DNA from: Licmophora abbreviata | Taxonomy: Eukaryota | Length of the DNA stretch: 35,274 bases | Assembly (NCBI GenBank): GCA_900291995.1 | Contig: OLMU01003074.1 | Location: 1 to 35,274, forward strand | Direction: 5' to 3' | Part shown: piece by piece, positions 1 through 9,263 of the stretch | Numbering within the stretch: the stretch's first letter is position 1 | How the letters are laid out: every line of letters starts with the position of its first letter | Made by a program: the position numbers and the translations under genes | The notes under the pieces: generated by a model | Told to the model about the DNA's origin: nothing | The model's database searches: none | The model's input: the letters and a program-made list of their open reading frames with translations, nothing else

Positions 1-230
1 GCGACGAGATGCTTCTCATCGCGTGGTTGAAGTTTGTCAGTTCGTCAAAATAGCGTCAATTTCGATCCATGGAAAATTCAGAAATCAGAAATAGCATCTT
101 TCAGCTAAAAGCTTCCGCATTTTCGACTGATCGCGACGGAACGACACGCGTCGCGACAGCGACGATGATTTCTTCTGATGCTGTCCATGCTCTGTCATGG
201 CAAGAGACAGCTTGAAGGCTTCCTTGCCCA

Positions 231-1721
231 ATGAATGTGTATCGAAACCTCACAAAGATCGCTTGTATATGTCATCAAGAGTTTCTGAAATGTCAAAACG
301 AAGTGTCATCAAGTCGTGTCGTCGCGTTGCTTCCACGATGCTGCAGCTCGACCTCTAACGCAATACGACCTCGCAAAGACGTCTTGATCTTATCCGATAT
401 ATATCCACAGCCATCGGCATCGGCGGCCGGAGTTCGGACCAGCTATTTCATAAGACGGCTGTCTCGTGACGCGACATGGGGAAATATTCATTACGCCGCC
501 GCGTCGTCCTCGTGGGACGGAAGCGAACGCGAAGAACTCGAGAGGGACTATGGAGTTACCTTTCATTCCATCCTTCCGAATAGATCGACAGAGATGGAGA
601 CATTGCTCGACTTAATAGGAAGGGAACATCTGGCTCTCGTGATCTTTGATCGATTCTATGCCGAAGAAAAGTTTTCCTTTCAAATCCGACTTCACTGTCC
701 CGACGCCGTTCGCGTTGTGGACATGCAGGACTTTCACGCCTTGCGACGGGCGCGTCAGGCTCTAGTAAAGGCACACGACAAGTCGAATCCTGGACATAAT
801 GATCCGTTAAAGTGCGTAGCCGAGACGCTGAGCCACCGTCCGTCGAGTCAGGACCCGCTTCTGTTGCGTGAGCTGGCCAGTCTGCATCGGTCTGACCTGA
901 CGCTGGTATGCTCGCCTATGGAATACGATCTGCTCAAGGACGTGTATCGTATCCCGGCTTCGAAACTCTCTCTGGCTTCGTTTTGGATCAACTCGACGCG
1001 GAATAGCAGCTCACGCTTTTCGTTCCACGAACGGCGCGATTTTTGTGTCCTTGGGGGCTTTCGGCATCCGCCCAATGTTGACGCCGTACTGCAGCTGACA
1101 AACTGCATCTGGCCTCGGATACGAAATGCGCTTCCAGAAGCTAGTCTACACGTCTATGGAGCGTATGCACCGCCCAGCATAAAAACCCTACAGAATGCTT
1201 CCGCTGGTCTGCTCGTGCATGGCTTTATTCCGACTCTGCAGGAAGCGCTACAGGACAAGCGAGTGTTGTTGGCTCCGTTGCGGTACGGGGCGGGGATCAA
1301 GGGGAAGATAATCGACGCATGGACATTTGGTTTGCCAGTTGTGTGCACTCCGATCGGGAGTGAGGGGATAAGTGACGAACGTCCTAGCGAGTGGGGTGGA
1401 ATGATTGCGGACAGTACCGACGACTTTGTGGAAAAGGCGGTGGAACTCTATTCGCATCACGATACGTGGAACGATTGTGTTCGCCGAGGTCGTACGATAC
1501 TTCAGGATCTTTATGACGAAGATCATTGGGATGGTGTAACAGCGACGCTACACAGTGCTATCGATCTTCGTCGCAAAAATCGGAACGACGACTACATCGG
1601 CGCGATACTATGGGAGCAATCAACACGGAGCACAGAGTACTTTTCCCGATGGATCGAATGCAAGGAGAGCAGATATCCCGATGCTTCTATAGGTGGAGGT
1701 TCTTCAAAAGAAACTAGCTAA
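231..1721 (+). CDS. Glycosyltransferase, GT4/GT-B fold (Glyco_trans_1_4-like), intronless
   Basis: 496-aa ORF with C-terminal GT-B motifs 'GGFRHPPNVDAV', 'APLRYGAGIKGKIIDAWTFGLPVVCTPIGSEG' and N-terminal 'YPQPSASAAGVR', 'FDRFYAEEKFS', 'DMQDFHALRRARQ'. Exact start uncertain. Confidence 0.85.
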   Translation: MNVYRNLTKIACICHQEFLKCQNEVSSSRVVALLPRCCSSTSNAIRPRKDVLILSDIYPQPSASAAGVRTSYFIRRLSRDATWGNIHYAAASSSWDGSEREELERDYGVTFHSILPNRSTEMETLLDLIGREHLALVIFDRFYAEEKFSFQIRLHCPDAVRVVDMQDFHALRRARQALVKAHDKSNPGHNDPLKCVAETLSHRPSSQDPLLLRELASLHRSDLTLVCSPMEYDLLKDVYRIPASKLSLASFWINSTRNSSSRFSFHERRDFCVLGGFRHPPNVDAVLQLTNCIWPRIRNALPEASLHVYGAYAPPSIKTLQNASAGLLVHGFIPTLQEALQDKRVLLAPLRYGAGIKGKIIDAWTFGLPVVCTPIGSEGISDERPSEWGGMIADSTDDFVEKAVELYSHHDTWNDCVRRGRTILQDLYDEDHWDGVTATLHSAIDLRRKNRNDDYIGAILWEQSTRSTEYFSRWIECKESRYPDASIGGGSSKETS

Positions 1722-1744
1722 GCGAGAATACTTCACGTCATCGA

Positions 1745-3358
1745 TCATATTCTGTTTGCCGCACTCTCTTTCTCTTTTTTCTTCAGTTCCTTCTTACGCT
1801 CCCTTGACCCGTACTGCTTCGTCTGAATCTCGAAAAGTGCCTTTGCGAAGTCTTTTTCGTTCGCAATTGAAGCGAAAGATGAGGACAATGATGACTCGAT
1901 GCCCGTACAAAACATAAATTAGGTCTGGCACGTACCATAGAGTTTCATATCAAATTGTGTCTGCCATGCAATCAAAGCGTGAGCCTGAGACCCTCGTTTC
2001 GGCAACTCGTACTCGACTGGATTCCGATTGGTTCCTTCCATAAGACGCTTTTGTACACAGTCACGTTGAATCATCTGGCTTGTTTCATCGTCATCGTACG
2101 TCCACCCAAAATAGTTCATCATGCGCTTGATGCTCTCCTCTGAGTCGTCCAGAAACCCGACAAGAAATTTCTTGCTCAAGATACGCTTGGCTTGATCCAG
2201 ATGATGCTTCTTCAACTCGCCCTCCATGGTGTTTGTAAGAAATCTAACGACCCAGTTGTTTCTGTGCACCATCAAAAAGGAGGAGCATATTGTGAGCTGA
2301 ACTTGTTACGCAACGATGAATGGTTTCTGCATACACACGGCTTACTCGATTCCATGCCCTTGTGCGTATGCTTCAAGTGTCACCGACGAATCGATCACGC
2401 CCAGAGTTTGTTGGTAGTAATATGTCGATACAGCTCGACTTGCCGGATTGCGCAACATGACAAATGCTCTTCCCTGATGCTCGGGAGAAAACAAGAGCTG
2501 TCCCGCATTGAAAAAATAGCTGGAGGTGATCAGCTCGGTCAAGTTGGACGACGCTACTTCCATCGTGGCGGCACGTTCCAGTCCCGGTATTGAGGATGTA
2601 TCGACGTTGACGTAGTGTTCATCTTCAATCGTCACTTGCTGTAATATGTTGTCTTCTCCGTGACCATCCCGAATACCGACTTCGCTCGCTTGAACCTTTC
2701 CCATACAGGTTCCGGCAACCTCTTTGACTGTCTGACCACCCCCTCGTGGAACATGAAAAAAGAAAGGCACCAATGTAGAGGACAGCTCCTCATCATAATC
2801 GGCAAAGTTATTCAAGACATTGGACTTTTTGCTGGTCGAATTGGAGGAGGTCGACGATCCACCCAGTCCCTCCAAGGCATCTTCGTCCTCGTTATTACGA
2901 CCGTAATTGATGTTCCGATCGTCCACATTATACACTCGATTCTTCGCGGTCATTTTGTGATGGCCCGCGCTTGCGTCTTTTGCGTGTGATGGACTCCAGT
3001 CGATGTTGGTGACAAAGTGAACCGTGAGTGCCATCATGAGCAAGAAGCCCAGCAATCCCGCCGCCCGTTGACGCTCCAGCCGCTCTTGTCGTTTCTGCGC
3101 CAGTTCCGCCAAGGCGCGATGAGAGCTTTCAACATCTCGAAAAACAATTCCTGTTCGTCCAAAGGGGGACAGCTCCGAGGGCGACGACATGGGCTTGAGC
3201 ATCATGCTGTGTCGCACTCGAGATGGGCCAGGAAATGAGGGTTCTCCGAAAAACGGGCGATTCGCAGGTTTCGAAGTCGATGTCTTCTTCCCTTTCCCCT
3301 CTTTTGTCTTCTTTCGGGGAGAGGATATCGAGCGAGACCTTTCCTTCATGGTGGGCAT
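1745..3358 (-). CDS. Membrane-anchored sulfotransferase-like protein; 3 exons (3358-2346, 2261-1936, 1851-1745)
   Basis: Single TM segment (AGLLGFLLMMALTVHFV), a 5'-PSB-like loop 'PFFFHVPRGGGQTVK' and a 3'-PB-like 'MLRNPASRAVSTYYY'. Two 84-nt GT-AG introns (2345-2262, 1935-1852) restore a continuous frame ending ...LYDFAKALFEIQTKQYGSRERKKELKKKEKESAANRI*. Confidence 0.75.
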
Positions 3359-3606
3359 ACTTCAGTAAGCAATTGGGTGTCGCCAACCACACACCATCGC
3401 TACGGTCGTGGCTATGTTTCTGTGTCGAATGACCTTGAGAGTCATTTTGAAAGCGCTTTCCCGCCAAAACCCGAAACGGCGTGTTAGCGCGCGACGGTCT
3501 TGCCATCATCAGAATACCGGTTAGCTCGTCGTCGGCGTCGTCACGCACACCACGCGACGTTTCCTTACACACAACGCACCTTGCTGCCAGCTCTGATCAA
3601 AGATAC

Positions 3607-4926
3607 ATGTTTCATCTGTCTCATACCATCGTTAGAGGGGTCTTCTTGCTATTCAGCTGTTCTTCTTGGTCGTCAAGAGTCCGAAAACTTGCTACTCATT
3701 ACCCCATCTGCACAGCACTAGGATCCGTCTTTCCAATGACTTCCTCATTGACGGCCGCTGCACACTCAACAGTAGTGCCTGCAGAACCCTCAGACGACAA
3801 TTTATTCGCTCCGACCAACAAGCCGCTACATTTTGTCATACTAGTCCACGGTTGGATGGGAAACGATTTGGAACTAGGTTATCTCGAGTCGACCTTGCGA
3901 GCACATGCCACAGCCGATGACACCAACCATCCCGACGAGAACCATCAATTTGTCGTGCACTCGGCCAAGGACAATGTTGGACGCACCAATGATGGCATTG
4001 CTGCTGGAGGAACACGGTTGGCCGACGAAGTGACGCGACAGGTGCAATCTTATCTGAGTACAAGCAGGAATAGTGGCAATCGGACAGAGCCCCCGCTGGT
4101 GACGCTGTCGTTCGTCGGAAACTCGCTCGGAGGACTCTATGCACGGTATGCCTTATCTAAGCTGGACTTTGATTACATTCATCCCCTGGTCTTCTGTACG
4201 ACTGCCACTCCGCACTTGGGAGTATCCAAGAATACGTACATTCCTTTGCCGCGAGTCGGAGAATGGGCCGTGTCCCGTGTCATGCAACCGACGGGTCGTG
4301 ACCTGTTTTGCTTTTCGAGCGTCGTGCGAGACTTGGCACTCGAACCGCAATTTACACAACCTCTTCAATCCTTTGTCAAACGTATAGCCTATGCCAATGC
4401 CTTTGGGACCGACTTTCAAGTGCCGACTGCCACCGCTGCATTTTTAAGCAAAACGAGCACGTATCCGCATTACGGGATAGACGCTGACGACAAGAGCACG
4501 GCGTTTGCACTGACTGTGGAGACACGATCCGGTCCAGCTGGATCGTGTAACAATGTAAACAGCGGCAATGATCTGTCTCAGGCTCTGGACGCCATTGGCT
4601 GGACCAAGGTGTTTTGCGACGCTCGCAACAATATTCCGCTACCGTCCATACCAATACCCTTTCTCACTCGCGCCGAACCATCCACTGACAAATCGGAATG
4701 GACCTCACAAGAGCTCTATGAAACCATGACGGGCATGAAGAATCGGTGGTACATCCCTCTCGGTCACACAGTCATGGTAGCAAACTCGAAGAATGACTGG
4801 TACTCGCGCGTGAACGAAAAGGGAAGGCCGTTCATGGATCAGCTAGCCCTGGACATGATACATGATATCCGGAAGTATGCCAATGATATTCTGGAAGAGC
4901 GAGGGTCGCAACACGATGGGGTTTAA
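3607..4926 (+). CDS. DUF676 putative serine esterase/lipase (alpha/beta hydrolase)
   Basis: Motifs 'VILVHGWMG', nucleophile elbow 'SFVGNSLGGLYARYAL', 'TTATPHLG', 'RIAYANAFGTDFQVP'. Start could be ATG 3607 or 3736. Confidence 0.85.
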   Translation: MFHLSHTIVRGVFLLFSCSSWSSRVRKLATHYPICTALGSVFPMTSSLTAAAHSTVVPAEPSDDNLFAPTNKPLHFVILVHGWMGNDLELGYLESTLRAHATADDTNHPDENHQFVVHSAKDNVGRTNDGIAAGGTRLADEVTRQVQSYLSTSRNSGNRTEPPLVTLSFVGNSLGGLYARYALSKLDFDYIHPLVFCTTATPHLGVSKNTYIPLPRVGEWAVSRVMQPTGRDLFCFSSVVRDLALEPQFTQPLQSFVKRIAYANAFGTDFQVPTATAAFLSKTSTYPHYGIDADDKSTAFALTVETRSGPAGSCNNVNSGNDLSQALDAIGWTKVFCDARNNIPLPSIPIPFLTRAEPSTDKSEWTSQELYETMTGMKNRWYIPLGHTVMVANSKNDWYSRVNEKGRPFMDQLALDMIHDIRKYANDILEERGSQHDGV

Positions 4927-5316
4927 TCGTATCGTCAGGGAACTCGATCATAGATTTTTGAACGGATAGAAGAAAGATCGTATTACTTAGTTTACACTAC
5001 TGATGATGAGACTTACACATTATAGATAGACCTTTAAAAATGCCATAGCGACCATGCAGTTTACTAGATTGCATCAGAGGGAGGCGAACCAGTCTGGTCT
5101 CTCTCTGTTTAGTGGTATCGATTAGGACTGTGGAATCATGAAAGGCATCGTCATGGAGCTGACCGGGACGAAGAGCGAAAGAAAAGGCCTTGTGACGTAG
5201 ACACGTCATTTTGCTTACTACCAGTTCGCCAAGGACGATCTGACCACCGCAGTGGACGGCAACGCACAACGCATATCATACCTCACGAGCTGCCGTGCTG
5301 AGTGGTGGACGAGACG

Positions 5317-6012
5317 ATGCAGTTTCTATCGCCTTCATTTCTCTTATTTGCCGCCTTGGCTGGCACAGCGTCTGCCTTCTATTCTGACGATCATTGGAAT
5401 CATGTTCAGGAACTGACGGTGGACAACTTCGAGAGCACCGTGCAGTCCGAGATTGACGCCGGGCGCACCATGTTTGTGCGTTGGATTGCCTCTCCCAACT
5501 GAGGATGATGACGCAAACAGGCGCCGACGTGGAATGCCATCACGAAGGCGCTTGAGGGGAACCCTGATGTCTCGTTTGGAGATATCAACATGAGCGAACA
5601 GCCGATTCGAGGCGAACCGCACAATCCAGGTGCCGGTGGTTGGCCGACGATTCGCTATTTCAACGAAGAGACTGGTGTGGAAGGAGCGAGTTATTCTAAG
5701 CGTACGGAAGATGCGATGTGTACAGAGCTTGGAGATCTGGATTATCTGACGGATTACATTGAAACCTACGGTGATACGGTCTTGTGTTCGGCCGAGGATG
5801 CTTCCAACTGCAATAAACGTGAGGCATCGTATGTGAACTTTATGCACGAGAAAGGCGAAGATTGGCAACGCGGTCAGCTCGCGAGACTCACAAACATGGA
5901 CCAGAGTGCGATGAAGGACGACTTGGCAATGTGGGTATTCCGCCGCAAGCGCATCCTTCGCCAACTCTTGGACGAGACCACTCATGATGAGTCTGAGTGG
6001 GATGAGCTCTAG
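5317..6012 (+). CDS. ER-type PDI/thioredoxin-fold selenoprotein with UGUU active site (3 in-frame Sec codons), 231 aa
   Basis: ORFs 5302-5502 and 5590-6012 share one frame, interrupted only by TGA at 5500, 5506 and 5509. Read-through gives signal peptide MQFLSPSFLLFAALAGTASA, then 'VQELTVDNFESTV...MFVRWIASPN-UGUU-RKQAPTWNAI...GWPTIRYF' (PDI a-domain pattern with cis-Pro loop) and C-terminal WDEL. A SECIS lies in the 3' UTR. Confidence 0.92.
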
Positions 6013-6082
6013 GAACCGGCATGCGATGATAGGCATGGTGGCATTCCTGCACACGAAACCTTCTTATGTGGCGGATCGTCGA

Positions 6083-6125
6083 ATGACATCACGGACCAAA
6101 CCAGAAATGGGTGTTCGTGGTTGAA
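6083..6125 (+). promoter_or_regulatory. Eukaryotic SECIS element (type 2) in the 3' UTR of the selenoprotein gene
   Basis: ATGA(6083-6086)-N11-AAA(6098-6100)...GA(6123-6124). Non-Watson-Crick core UGAC/UGAA, 9-bp helix II AUCACGGAC/GUUCGUGGU, apical mini-stem CCA-GAAA-UGG. Confidence 0.88.
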
Positions 6126-6290
6126 TGAGAGACTCTCTCGGTGGCTACAGATCTCAACACACTTTCCCCTCATGTTAGATCTCGCCATCAGAGAGTTTTG
6201 GACGACCAGACACGAGGAAATGGCTCGCAGCATGGATGCTTTTGCTTTCATAAGGTAGCTCTCAAGTTAGAGTTTGACAAGATTTTTTTT

Positions 6291-7563
6291 CTAAATCGCG
6301 GGCTCGTCGAGGCGAGCTTCGTCTATCGGCGGTGCCGAGCACCTCAATATGACGCCGTGGGCTGAGTTCAGTCGACTTCGACTAGAAGAGACGATGTCCT
6401 TTCCAAGGCTCATAATGTCCTTGTTCACCACCTCCATCATGTCATCGCCAATCGTTTCGAACGGCAGGCTCCATCGGAACTCTTCCGGTTTGGTTGCAGC
6501 TGCTGAATGTCGATTCCAAGTCATTCGCGGTGGCGTCTGGGGAGGAGGCGAACGCTTCTCGTCATCAGCGAAATCGGTAATGGCTCCACAGAAACGTAAG
6601 TTGACTAGTTCCAAGTGACCTAGACCCGCTCGCGCATTCCATTTTGCATTTTCGATGCGTTCTGCTACAATGTCGACAGCCTCCTGTTGAGCCTCCACGA
6701 TATTTCCCAGTTCACTGTATATTTCATTGACTCGATGCATGCTTCGATTGATATCGCTCACCTCCTCCGCTCGTTCTCGCATGGCGCGTTCAAAAAAGTC
6801 TCCTGCTGTCGCGCAACCACCCTCGCTTGGAACTCCTCCGGTGTGATATTGCTTTCACCGCCGCTGAACTGCGACACCGTGTGCAGCTGTCGCTGCAAGT
6901 ATTCTGATGACAGCGATACAAACGTCATGTGGGCACGTTCGTAGTCTCGAATCAGTTTACCACGCGACGCCCGGACAGCTCGATCTTTCACACTGCCCAA
7001 CGTCATGCGGTACTCCCGAATCTTGACACCAAGGTCGCGATCTGACTCTCCCGCTGATTGAAGAAGAATGCGTGATCTATACAGAAAGAAAGGTACGCAT
7101 GAGCGAAGGAGGTTCATCCCGCACACACGTACTGCAGATGGTAGAGCCGTACCTCCACTGGTTTTCAGGTGACTCCCCGCACTGTCGCACAAGAATCTCG
7201 AGTTGGCGCACCATGTCCTGTGAAAAATTCGTATGAATTGAGAACAGACATCTACCGTCAGTCATTGCATCCATATCGCGACCCCAACAACACGACGTTT
7301 GACCACAGTCAACTTACCTGTAAGTTTTGAATTTCCTCACTAAGTCTCCCAAATCGGGATTGCGGCACTGCTCTTAGCAACTTTTCGGGTGTACCTGCTG
7401 CGGAAACATGTCGTCGAGGCACTTCGGATCGCCCACTTTCCTTTCGAGGACTCGAAATCTGTCTAGGTATCTCTAAATGCGGTCTTGGCCTCCGAGTGTG
7501 CTTCTCTGGTGTTCTAGAAGGCTGTGTGGGCGGCTGACCGCTCACTATGTCTTGAAAGCTCAT
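6291..7563 (-). CDS. Syntaxin-like Qa-SNARE; exons 7563-7318, 7217-7153, 7076-6291, with an apparent 1-nt frameshift near 6792-6797
   Basis: 'MSFQDIV' start, Habc-like helices ('KLIRDYERAH') and SNARE motif 'ERAEEVSDINRSMHRVNEIYSELGNIVEAQQEAVDIVAERIENA'. GT-AG introns 7317-7218 and 7152-7077. The frame changes at a T6 run. Confidence 0.75.
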
Positions 7564-7958
7564 AGTAGCGGGTCGAATGTCGAAAAGGAGTGTCGACTGA
7601 TTGCGTTCCAAACGGCAAATGGACAACTTTGGCGGGAAGGCAGATCTTGCTTCGCGCTAAAAGTCTTTCTTTTTGGCGAAAGCGAGGCAGGCGCATCGAT
7701 ATTTTTAGTCTACGTTCCTGGATGGTATCATTTTCTACTTTCAGTCATGGTACGATAAAACCCGGAAGTTGAAGTACTTACTTTTGGCGCGCCTTCCAAA
7801 TCCAAAAGATCGGCCACATAAAGAAAGAACGTCACAGCACGCGACGTCTGCCATCATCTTGAGTATGCAAGGGGGTTGCCGCGACTGCCCCTCTTCGAAC
7901 CTTTCCATCGTTTTCGGGTACGGGCGTGACATAGAGCGCGATGACCCACCAGATCCTG

Positions 7959-8921
7959 ATGAGAACCATTTTGTTTTTGTGTGCGACGTTTGTTCGAAAG
8001 GCAACTGGATTTTCCCCGTCGCTGTCGCGCCTATCGACATACAACACACTACAAGACAGAGGTAACTGTCACCCAGTCGATTCAACGACTCGATTCATGT
8101 CAGATTATGGGAAAGGAATGGATCAGGATGCCATGATGGAGTCTGACATGCTCATTGTCGTCGATCAGAATGACGTCTTGGTAGATGGCGCCGTCGTGTC
8201 CAAGCGAGGCGCACATGAATTCAACAAGAAGCAACCGAGAGGGATCGCCCACCGAGCATTTTCCTTCTTTCTATTCAACGAAAAGAAGGAAATGCTTTTG
8301 ACTCGAAGAGCTGACTCAAAAATCACGTTCCCAGGTGTATGGACCAACACCGCGTGTTCGCATCCATTGTACGGCATGAAACCAGATGAGGTCGACATTG
8401 TCCCTGAAGCATATCCCAACTTTCCTGGAATCAAGCGCGCAGCAGTTCGGAAGCTTCGACATGAGCTTGGTATCAAACCTGAGTATATTCCTCATGACAA
8501 GATTCAATTTGTCTCAAGGTTCCACTATTGGGCGAGTGACACCAAGACATACGGGGCTGAGGCACCTTGGGGTGAGCACGAAGTGGACTACGTTCTGTTT
8601 CTACAATGCCCGGCCGAGAAAGAGCCACCTATAGACATGAATCCCGATGAAGTTGCTGAGTGCAAGTATGCATCGATACTAGAGCTCAAGTCCATGTTTG
8701 AGGACCCCGAGTTGGAATGGTCGCCGTGGTTTCGGGGTATCATGGACAAGGGAGGGTTTGACTGGTGGGAGGATTTCGACGCAACTCTCCAAGGAAAGAA
8801 TACCAATGAAGATGTAGTTTTCTTTGATCCTCCAGATGATCATGTGGCGAGTTACAATCTACCGTCCCACGATAGATTCACCGGTGTGCTCACAAGTAGC
8901 AGTTCAGCAAGCAACATGTAA
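7959..8921 (+). CDS. IDI: Isopentenyl-diphosphate delta-isomerase type 1 (Nudix fold), probably plastid-targeted
   Basis: Hallmark motifs 'HRAFSFFLFN', 'RRADSKITFPGVWTNTACSHPL', 'AAVRKLRHELGI', 'WGEHEVDYVLF', 'WSPWF'. N-terminal MRTILFLCATFVRKATG|FSPS resembles a diatom bipartite presequence. Confidence 0.95.
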   Translation: MRTILFLCATFVRKATGFSPSLSRLSTYNTLQDRGNCHPVDSTTRFMSDYGKGMDQDAMMESDMLIVVDQNDVLVDGAVVSKRGAHEFNKKQPRGIAHRAFSFFLFNEKKEMLLTRRADSKITFPGVWTNTACSHPLYGMKPDEVDIVPEAYPNFPGIKRAAVRKLRHELGIKPEYIPHDKIQFVSRFHYWASDTKTYGAEAPWGEHEVDYVLFLQCPAEKEPPIDMNPDEVAECKYASILELKSMFEDPELEWSPWFRGIMDKGGFDWWEDFDATLQGKNTNEDVVFFDPPDDHVASYNLPSHDRFTGVLTSSSSASNM

Positions 8922-9263
8922 GCCTGTGAACTGTGTATACCCATCACCGATAGTAACATAGCTATATTTGAAGTCCTGCTATAGCTTACTTTTACGTGCA
9001 AAGGTGTTTCCTATTGGGAAAGGGCGATGCGGGAGTAGATCATTGTACAGGTAACGAAATACCGCTCTCATTCGAAGTTGCCGACCGGTCCGTCGTCCGC
9101 CGCCGCGCGGGGTGCGATCAAAACGCTTCGCGACCAGATGAGGGCGATGCGATGGCTGATGTGTGCAAATTAAATATGCGCTTCAATCTATCGGTCGTCG
9201 AATCGACGACGGCAACTCACCGAAAGCGCAAGTCAGGAGAGCGCTATTGCAAAAAACTACACG

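Noticed and set aside
1..22. Short inverted repeat GCGA-C-GAGA...TCTC-A-TCGC at the window start
   Set aside because: Too short to distinguish from chance, and its context is cut off by the window edge.
5500..5511. Pseudogene interpretation of the three stops
   Set aside because: All three stops are TGA, confined to the redox motif, the rest of the frame is intact, and a SECIS follows.
5344..6054. 236-aa antisense ORF over the selenoprotein gene
   Set aside because: No recognisable motifs; it is a shadow of the plus-strand gene, which has a signal peptide, a thioredoxin fold, WDEL and a SECIS.
6026..6076. Possible second SECIS starting at ATGA 6026
   Set aside because: No AA at the expected 11-12 nt spacing and no convincing helix II.
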